From: a virus
Taxonomy: Duplodnaviria; Caudoviricetes
Length of the DNA stretch: 37,086 nt
IMG/VR virus record: IMGVR_UViG_3300046832_000575
Location: 1-37,086 of that record
Reading direction: 5' to 3' (one strand)
Part shown: piece after piece, positions 1-6,687 of the stretch
How positions within the stretch are numbered: the stretch's first letter is position 1
Layout of the letters: each line of letters opens with the position of its first letter
The notes under the pieces: generated by a model
Databases searched by the model: none
What the model was told of the DNA's origin: nothing
Seen by the model: the letters and a program-made list of their open reading frames with translations, nothing else
Translations under genes and position numbers: made by a program

Positions 1-661
1 TGTAGACGCCAGGTTCCAGCACGAATGTCGCCGGGCGGATGCGGGCCATGACCTGTTCGAGGGCACCGCGACGCGGCTGCCAATCGCCAAATTCGCGGTT
101 GATGCAGACGAAGTATTGCTGGAGGAACGCGCCCTTGGCCCGGCCCAGCAGCGCCTCGTCCACCACCTTGCACTGGCCGAAGACGTCCTCCAGACCGTTC
201 GAGGTGAACGATCCGGTCAGGCCCCAGCGGACGGGGAAGCGGTCCAGCACCTTGTAGAATGCCTTGAAGCGTTTGCCCGACGGGTTCTTGAGCCGGGTCA
301 GTTCGTCGAACACCACGCCTTGGAACGGCAGGTCAGCCGGCAGCTTGTCGAGGTTGTCGTAGTTGACAATGACAATGTCACTGCTAGACGAGAGCGCTGC
401 CTTGCGTTGGGTGGAGGTGCCGACGGCAACGGAATAAGACAGCGACGGCGCCCACTTCGCCACCTCGACGGGCCACACGTCCGTACACACGCGTTTGGGC
501 GCCACCACCAGCCAGCGCCTGGCGTGACCGTCGCGCTTCATCTCGGCCATCGCCCGCAGCGTGATGGCGGTCTTGCCCGCGCCCACAGGGGCCAGGATCA
601 TGGCGCGGTCACGCTCGTACAGGAACGTGACCGCCTCGTTTTGGTAGGGTCTAAGTTGCAA
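1..661 (-). CDS. SNF2-family helicase, N-terminal part (runs off window start)
   Basis: Manual translation from TTG at 661: MQLRPYQNEAVTFLYERDRAMILAPVGAGKTAITL (Q motif, Walker A), VVFDELTRLKNPSGKRF (Walker B), WGLTGS (motif III). Open to base 1; absent from the ORF track because no stop is in view. Confidence 0.9.
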   Translation of the reverse strand, partial: MQLRPYQNEAVTFLYERDRAMILAPVGAGKTAITLRAMAEMKRDGHARRWLVVAPKRVCTDVWPVEVAKWAPSLSYSVAVGTSTQRKAALSSSSDIVIVNYDNLDKLPADLPFQGVVFDELTRLKNPSGKRFKAFYKVLDRFPVRWGLTGSFTSNGLEDVFGQCKVVDEALLGRAKGAFLQQYFVCINREFGDWQPRRGALEQVMARIRPATFVLEPGVY

Positions 662-1711
662 GGTAGGCCCCGATCACTTCTGCCGCTGCTTGCGGGACGA
701 TGGCATTGCCGTAGGCGCGCAGGCGTCCCACTCTGGCGGAAGCCCCATGAGCCAGCGGGAATGTGCCGGGTTCAACTGGCCGCCACTTTCCATCCCGGCA
801 GAAGAGCCAGTCAGCATCTCGCCAGTGGCCGTTAGTCGGGCGGGCTCCGTCTTGAGGAAACCGATGTGAACTTGTGAGGCCAACCCCATGTTCACCTTCC
901 GCCCCTCCGGGTGTTGGCCTGTCATCGTCGTGTCCGGGTGCGGGCGCTTGCCCCCGTTCCCGTCCGACGCTGCTGGCGTGTTCCAGCCCGTGATCTGCGC
1001 CGTCACGTCCAGCCGATCCGTCGAGAGTTTGCCGTCCCTCATGCGCCCCCCCCCACGTAACCACCCTTGTGGTCCGTCATCGCGGGCGTTGGCCAGCCCG
1101 CCAGTTGTCCCTGATCCTGTAACGCTCCCGACCTGTTCTCGCCCTTCCCCGCTTCCGTGTAACGGTTGTAGTCCGTGCCCTTCGTGTCGTGGACTGTCGG
1201 CGTTGCCCAGCCGCTCTCCGACAAACCAGAGACGCTGGCGGATGTGCGGGGCGCCGATGCCCGCAGCGCACAGATCTGCCGCCCCAATGGCGTAGCCCGA
1301 TGCTTCCATGTCAGCGCATACAGCGTCGAGCCAGCCGAGGCCGTCCTTGCTTGCAACCTGCTCTCCAAAGACGATTGGAGGGCGGCACTCTGCGATGAGC
1401 CGATGGAACTCAGGCCAGAGGTGGCGCTCGTCTTCGACGCCCTTGCCTTGACCGGCGGCGCTGAAAGGCTGGCAGGGACAGCTTCCGGTCCAGACGGGCC
1501 TGGCGTCATCCCATCCGGCAAGGCGGAGGGCATGGGACCAGACGCCGATACCGGCGAAGAAGTGGCATTGGGTGTAGCCCTTGAGGTCGCCCGCAGCCAC
1601 GTCCCGAATTGATCTGTCATCTACATCACCGTCCGCTATCAAACCGCTCTTGATCAGGTTTCGCAGCCATTGGGCTGCATAAGGGTCGAACTCGTTATAG
1701 TACGCTGCCAT
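651..1711 (-). CDS. C5 cytosine DNA methyltransferase alpha chain, frameshifted at the G9 tract (1046-1054)
   Basis: HFFAGIG (motif I), GSCPCQPFS (IV), FGEQV (VI) and PHIRQRLWFVG (VIII) lie in the frame starting at 1711. Motif X (RLRAYGNAIVPQAAAEVI) lies in the 651..1064 frame, whose stop overlaps the helicase start. Confidence 0.8.
674..1620 (-). CDS. Overlapping alternative-frame methyltransferase beta chain (TRD-like WxTP repeats + motif IX), frameshifted at the same G9 tract
   Basis: The 1039..1620 frame (GWATP, GWPTP) continues past G9 into the frame ending at 674 (GWNTP ... GQLNPAHSRWLMGLPPEW, motif IX-like). The start codon is uncertain. Confidence 0.65.
1046..1054 (-). repeat. Homopolymer G9 (C9 on + strand) at the methyltransferase frame switch
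   Basis: + strand reads atgcgCCCCCCCCCacg. G7 or G10 would restore both overlapping frames. Confidence 0.85.
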
Positions 1712-1968
1712 TCATCCACCTCCGTTTTTGACCATAGTGTAGTGTAGTTCTGGTTGCGTGCCCGCATGTCCTCCGCAAACTTGCGTTGCAGCGGCGACAG
1801 CCGCCCGTTGGGTGCTTTCAGTTCGACGAACCACGTCGCCCCGCCGGGCAGGCAGGCGATGCGGTCGCTGACACCCTTGCAGTTCAGCGCGCGGAACTTG
1901 TAGGTGACGCCGCCCATGCGCTGGACGGTCCACACAAAGTACTGTTCGATCTCGCGTTCCATGCTCAT
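1654..1968 (-). CDS. VRR-NUC domain nuclease
   Basis: EREIE..., GVSDRI, WFVELKAPNGRLSPLQ PD-(D/E)XK pattern; usual position beside an SNF2 helicase. Confidence 0.88.
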   Translation of the reverse strand: MSMEREIEQYFVWTVQRMGGVTYKFRALNCKGVSDRIACLPGGATWFVELKAPNGRLSPLQRKFAEDMRARNQNYTTLWSKTEVDEWQRTITSSTLMQPNGCET

Positions 1969-2014
1969 TATGTATCAAACAATCATTGACAGGTCAACAA
2001 ACATTCTGTAGCGT
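1969..2014. promoter_or_regulatory. Back-to-back divergent sigma70-type promoters
   Basis: + strand: TTGACA(1986-1991)-17-TAGCGT(2009-2014). - strand: TTGACC(1997-1992)-17-TACATA(1974-1969). Sits exactly at the divergence of the two operons. Confidence 0.7.
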
Positions 2015-2041
2015 CGGGCCATCAACACAGAAAGGTACACT

Positions 2042-3163
2042 ATGGCTGCTCACTCAAATGTCGTCGGCGGTTCGACCGCCAAGCGCGTCTTGGCCTGCCC
2101 CGGCAGCGTCGCACTCGTCCGCACCATGCCCCCGCAGCCGTCGTCGGTCCACGCCGACACCGGCACGCTCCTGCACAACACCATTGCCACCATCCTGGAG
2201 ACGGGCAAGGATCCGCAGGAGTTCTTGGGCGTCACCTACAACGGCATCGAACTGACCGACGACCTGATGGAGCGCAAGCTGCTTCCGGCACTGGCCGCCC
2301 TTGACGAGATCGACCCCGACAAGATGATGGAGTACGCCGTCGAGCAGGTCGTGGGCTTTGGCGCCGCTCTGCCGGGCGTGTTCGGGTCCGCCGACGTCGT
2401 GGGTCGGATGGGCAAGCGCGGCATCCTGCTGGACTGGAAGTTCGGTGACGGCGTCGCGGTGGATGCGGAAGAGAACCCGCAGGGCCTGTTCTACGTCGCC
2501 GCAGCACTCCGTACCGAGAAGACCGCATGGGCCTTCAAGGACGTCGAGGACATCGAGATCATCATCGTGCAGCCGCCCTACGTGAAGCGCTGGGTGACGA
2601 CGCCCGCCCGCGTCAAGCAGTTCGAGGCCGACCTGATGCTGGCGGTACGTGCGGCCGAGCAGCCCGACGCGCCACTGGCAGCCGGCGACCACTGCCGCTG
2701 GTGTACGGCCAAGACGATCTGCCCGGTGGTCAGCGGTGCAGTCGCCCGCGCCACCCGCACGGCCCTGAAGACGGTCAACGTGGACCGCTTGGCCGAGGCG
2801 CTGGGGCAGATCGACCTGCTGGAGGGCTACATCAAGGACGCCCGCGACATGGCGCAGCAACTGCTGGAGGCAGGCGTTGACGTGCCCGGCTGGAAGCTGG
2901 TGCCCAAGCGCGCCACTCGCAAGTGGGCAGACGACAAAAAAGTCTTGACGACCCTGACCGAAGCAGGGCTTAATATCGAACAATTGACGGAGCCGAAGTC
3001 GCCCGCGCAGATGGAGAAGGTGCTGAAGAAGCACAATGTCCCGATGCCGTCTGACCTGATCGTGTCCGTCTCAACAGGTAGCACGCTGGCAAGCGCGGAT
3101 GATCCGCGACCCGCCGTGTTGCAGATCGGCAAACAACTGTCTGCTGCTCTTGGTAAACTATAG
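2042..3163 (+). CDS. Cas4-like PD-(D/E)XK exonuclease (DUF2800-like)
   Basis: HS..GGS.AKR...CPGS, GT.LH, FGSADV, LDWKFG, Q...Y and C-terminal HCRWC.AK..CP cysteine cluster. Confidence 0.85.
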   Translation: MAAHSNVVGGSTAKRVLACPGSVALVRTMPPQPSSVHADTGTLLHNTIATILETGKDPQEFLGVTYNGIELTDDLMERKLLPALAALDEIDPDKMMEYAVEQVVGFGAALPGVFGSADVVGRMGKRGILLDWKFGDGVAVDAEENPQGLFYVAAALRTEKTAWAFKDVEDIEIIIVQPPYVKRWVTTPARVKQFEADLMLAVRAAEQPDAPLAAGDHCRWCTAKTICPVVSGAVARATRTALKTVNVDRLAEALGQIDLLEGYIKDARDMAQQLLEAGVDVPGWKLVPKRATRKWADDKKVLTTLTEAGLNIEQLTEPKSPAQMEKVLKKHNVPMPSDLIVSVSTGSTLASADDPRPAVLQIGKQLSAALGKL

Positions 3164-3172
3164 GAGAATACA

Positions 3173-3808
3173 ATGAACGACGTAGTATCTTTCGGCAACG
3201 GCAACCTCCCCTCCGTCCAGTCCCTGACCACTGCCCTGCGCAGCCTCGAAAGCGAGGTCGGCGCTGCCGGCATGGTCATCCTCAAGATGGACAAGACCGG
3301 CCATTGGGTGTTCGGTGCCGACCAGACCGAAATCGACGATGACAGCACTTGGGCCATCAACCCGTTCTCCTTTGTCCACGGCTTCATTGCCTGGGGTGAA
3401 GGCGAGGTGCTGGGCGAGAAGATGGTGCCGGTGTCGGACCCGCTTCCCGAAATGGATAACCCTCCGCCGGGCGCCAAGCGCGGCTGGGAGATGCAGGTCG
3501 GCATGAGCCTCAAGTGCATGAACGGCGACGACAAGGGCATGGAGGCGCGCTACAACGTCACCTCCGTGGGCGGCAAGCGCGCCGTTCAGAAGCTGGCTCT
3601 TGAGATTGCCGCGCAGGTCGAGAAGGACCAGACCAAGCCTGTGCCGGTGGTGCGCCTGAAGAAGGAACACTACATGCACAAGTCCTACGGTCGCATCTTC
3701 ACGCCCGTCTTCGAGATCAGCAACTGGATTGATCTGGAAGGCAAGACGGATGCGCCCGCCGCTGAACCGACGCCGGAAGCCACCGTCCGTCGTCGTCGTA
3801 CTGCGTAA
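3173..3808 (+). CDS. Putative ssDNA-binding/annealing protein
   Basis: Strong RBS (AGGAGA); lies between exonuclease and DNA polymerase; beta-rich with an acidic/Pro linker and RRRR tail. Function inferred from synteny. Confidence 0.6.
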   Translation: MNDVVSFGNGNLPSVQSLTTALRSLESEVGAAGMVILKMDKTGHWVFGADQTEIDDDSTWAINPFSFVHGFIAWGEGEVLGEKMVPVSDPLPEMDNPPPGAKRGWEMQVGMSLKCMNGDDKGMEARYNVTSVGGKRAVQKLALEIAAQVEKDQTKPVPVVRLKKEHYMHKSYGRIFTPVFEISNWIDLEGKTDAPAAEPTPEATVRRRRTA

Positions 3809-3816
3809 GCGGGCGC

Positions 3817-3854
3817 GCGGGGCCGCTATTTCCTCCCTGGTTGGGCGGCCCCGC
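3817..3854 (+). other. GC-rich hairpin with CU-rich loop
   Basis: gcggggccgc(3817-3826)/gcggccccgc(3845-3854); loop contains TTCCTCCCT. Confidence 0.6.
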
Positions 3855-3864
3855 ACCTATCATC

Positions 3865-5940
3865 ATGATATTATATATTGACCTAGAAACCCGCAGCCGC
3901 TGCGACCTGCCGGGACGCGGCGTCTACAACTACGCGCAAGACCCCAGCACGGAGGTGTTGTGCATGTCCTACGCCTTCGACGACGAAGATGTGCAGACGT
4001 GGCGGCCAAGCGAGCCGTTCCCGACGCGCGTCGCGCTGCACCGGGGGCAGATCCGCGCCCACAACGCGGCGTTCGAGAGGTTACTTTTCTGGTACGTCAT
4101 CTGTCCCGACTTCGGTGTGCCGGAACCTGCGCTGGAGCAGTTCTACTGCACCGCAACACAGGCCCGCGCCAACTGCGCGCCGGGCAGCCTTGAGGACGTC
4201 GGCCGCTTCGCGGGTGCTGGCATGCGCAAGGACCACCGGGGCGCGCAGTTGATCCGCCTGCTGTCGATCCCGCAGGGCGACGGCACCTTCCGCGACGACC
4301 CCACGCTGATGGCCGAGATGGTGGCCTACTGCGAGCAGGACGTCCGCGCCATGCGCGTTATCTCCGAGACGCTGCGCCAACTGTCCGACGAGGAACTGTC
4401 CGACTACCACATCAACGAGCGCATCAACGACCGAGGCGTGCGCCTGGACGTGCCACTCGCCAAGGCCGCCGTGCGCTACGCCGCACAGGAACTGGACGAC
4501 ATCCAGCAGGTGGTGCAGGATGTGACCGGCGGCGCGCTGACGTCGGTGCGCAGCCCCCGGATGCGGGAGTGGGTCTGGGAACGCGTCGGGCCTGAAGCCC
4601 GCAAGCTGATGTTGGTTGAAGACGCAAAGATAAAAGAAGCGATCAAAAAACAAGAGCAGAAAGAACATCTCGTTCGCAAAAGTTTACTTGGCGACGACAT
4701 CTATACGGCAAAACTATTTTACCTAGAAAGTAAACAGTTTAAGGTCAGCATCGACAAGACCGTGCGCGCTAACTTGCTGGCGATGGAGAACCCTGATGAA
4801 GTCCCTGCGGAAGTCGCGGAAGTGGTGCAGTGCGCGGACGATCTCTGGGCATCGTCCGTGGCGAAGTTTAGCCGTGCCGCAGCGCTTAGCGATGATCAAG
4901 ACGGTCGCGTCCGGGGTGCGTTTGTATTCTGTGGTGGCTCAGCTACAGGCCGAGCGTCAAGCTATGGTCTTCAGGTCCACAATTTCCCAAGACGATGTGC
5001 CGACGAACCTGAACTAGTCCGCCAGGCGTTGGTGCGCGGGCACGACGTCGTGCCGCAGTATGGCCGCCGCGTCACCGACGTCCTGAAGGGCATGCTGCGG
5101 CCCGCGCTGATCCCGGCACCCGGCAAGTCGTTTGTGGTGGCCGATTGGTCATCCATCGAGGCCCGCGTCACCCCGTGGTGCAGCGGCGAGGCTGGCGAGG
5201 ACAAGCTGGAACTGTTCCGCAACGGGTCCGACGTCTACAAGGTCAACGCGGCCGCCACCTTCAGGTGCCGCGTCGAGGACGTCACCAAGGACCAGCGCCA
5301 GGTCGGCAAGGTACAGGAACTGGCCTGCGGCTTTGCGGGCGGCGTGGGTGCCTTCGCAGCGATGGGCCGCGTCTACGGTTTGAGCCTGCCTGAGAGCGAG
5401 GCCCGCAAGATGGTGGACGCTTGGCGCCGCGCCAATCCGTGGTCGGTGCCCTACTGGCAGGATCTGGAGATTGCGTACACGCGAGCAATTCGGAACCCGA
5501 AGACCAAGATAAAAGCGGGCCGCGTGTCGTATTACTACGACGGGCTCCACTTGTGGTACGCCTTGCCGTCGGGCCGTGTTCTTTGTTATCCTTATGCACG
5601 GATCGAAGAGGAAGGCGTCACGTATGCGAAGGCGTCATGGAAACCCGCCGCAGACGCCAAGGCGTGGCCGAGAGCCAGGCTTTGGAAGGGCCTTGCATGC
5701 GAGAATATCACGCAAGCCACCGCTGCGGACATCCTCCGCCATGCTTTACGCGAGTTGGAGCGGGCCGGTCTGGAAACTGTGCTTCATTGCCACGACGAAA
5801 TTTTGCTGGAGTGTCCATCCGAAAGCGCAGAAAAGTCAAAAGACATATTGGTCAAGATTATGTGTACGCCACCGTCGTGGTGTGCTAACCTTCCCTTAGG
5901 TGCCGAAGCATCCATTATGGCTCGATACGGGAAGGGGTAG
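3865..5940 (+). CDS. Family A DNA polymerase with 3'-5' exonuclease
   Basis: ExoI DLET, ExoII AHNAAFE, ExoIII YCEQDV, ATGRASS..LQVHN, motif A ADWSSIEAR, motif B RQVGKVQELACGF, motif C HCHDEI. ATG at 3865 preferred as start. Confidence 0.95.
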   Translation: MILYIDLETRSRCDLPGRGVYNYAQDPSTEVLCMSYAFDDEDVQTWRPSEPFPTRVALHRGQIRAHNAAFERLLFWYVICPDFGVPEPALEQFYCTATQARANCAPGSLEDVGRFAGAGMRKDHRGAQLIRLLSIPQGDGTFRDDPTLMAEMVAYCEQDVRAMRVISETLRQLSDEELSDYHINERINDRGVRLDVPLAKAAVRYAAQELDDIQQVVQDVTGGALTSVRSPRMREWVWERVGPEARKLMLVEDAKIKEAIKKQEQKEHLVRKSLLGDDIYTAKLFYLESKQFKVSIDKTVRANLLAMENPDEVPAEVAEVVQCADDLWASSVAKFSRAAALSDDQDGRVRGAFVFCGGSATGRASSYGLQVHNFPRRCADEPELVRQALVRGHDVVPQYGRRVTDVLKGMLRPALIPAPGKSFVVADWSSIEARVTPWCSGEAGEDKLELFRNGSDVYKVNAAATFRCRVEDVTKDQRQVGKVQELACGFAGGVGAFAAMGRVYGLSLPESEARKMVDAWRRANPWSVPYWQDLEIAYTRAIRNPKTKIKAGRVSYYYDGLHLWYALPSGRVLCYPYARIEEEGVTYAKASWKPAADAKAWPRARLWKGLACENITQATAADILRHALRELERAGLETVLHCHDEILLECPSESAEKSKDILVKIMCTPPSWCANLPLGAEASIMARYGKG

Positions 5941-5943
5941 TTT

Positions 5944-6432
5944 GTGGTTACGCAAGATAGACTTAAAGAACTGTTTGCCTATGACGCGACTACAGGCGCG
6001 TTTGTCCGCCGCAAGGCGGTGGGCCGACACGGTTGCCACAAAGTATCATCGCTTGCGGGTACGCGGCAAAATCATGGGTATATAGTTATATCCGTAGATG
6101 GGCGGCGTTATATGGCTCACCGTTTAGCGTGGCTGTATCAATACGGTGAATGGCCAAAAAACGATATTGACCATATCAACGAGATAAAAGACGACAACCG
6201 GATTATAAATTTACGCGAGGCGACGCGGGCGCAAAACATGCAGAATGTGCGTCTGCATAAACATAACACTAGCGGATATAAGGGCGTTTCTTGGCTGGCT
6301 AAGCGGGGGAAATGGCGTGCGTATATATTCGTCAATTACAAACAGCAGCATATCGGGCTGTTTAATTCGGTAGACGCCGCGCGAGAGGCGCGCGCCAACG
6401 CAGAAAAACAATGGCACTCGCACAGTAAGTAA
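5944..6432 (+). CDS. Free-standing HNH homing endonuclease with AP2-like C-terminal domain
   Basis: AHRLAW..., IDHINEIKDDNRIINLREAT..QN, NTSGYKGVSW...KWRAYI...HIGLF. AT-richer than its neighbours. Confidence 0.9.
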   Translation: MVTQDRLKELFAYDATTGAFVRRKAVGRHGCHKVSSLAGTRQNHGYIVISVDGRRYMAHRLAWLYQYGEWPKNDIDHINEIKDDNRIINLREATRAQNMQNVRLHKHNTSGYKGVSWLAKRGKWRAYIFVNYKQQHIGLFNSVDAAREARANAEKQWHSHSK

Positions 6433-6575
6433 TCCCGGCAGTCCGCCGGTATCCGGCGTCGCAGCGGTCCTGCGGTATCCAGAAGGTTGCAAGCACACAC
6501 AAACTCATCTTCTTTAAGCGCGCTGGTAACCCTCAGCCTTTTACCAGCGCGCACTTTGGGCGCTAGGAACCAAAC

Positions 6576-6668
6576 ATGGTATCAGTTATGCTTGTCTACA
6601 TACTTGCGTCGTGCGTCGTGGGGACCATTGCGTGGGCTTTTTTCGTCGTGGGCGACCGCGACGAGTAA
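6576..6668 (+). CDS. 30-aa single-pass membrane peptide
   Basis: AGGAAC RBS, then MVSVMLVYILASCVVGTIAWAFFVVGDRDE; not in the ORF track. Confidence 0.5.
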   Translation: MVSVMLVYILASCVVGTIAWAFFVVGDRDE

Positions 6669-6687
6669 TCTTACAAGGGACGGAAAC

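Noticed and set aside
674-1711. 345-aa ORF taken as a complete methyltransferase
   Set aside because: It lacks motif X and is a chimera of two frames joined at the G9 tract.
2042-3163. Cas4-like gene as evidence of a CRISPR system
   Set aside because: No repeat-spacer array or other cas genes; it sits in the usual phage replication module.
4610-4745. Polymerase insertion as an intein or intron
   Set aside because: No C/S start with HN-C/S/T end, no P7 elements, too short, and in frame.
6487-6687. N-terminal extension of the primase
   Set aside because: It overlaps hairpins and a separate RBS-bearing micro-ORF; ATG 6688 is the better start.
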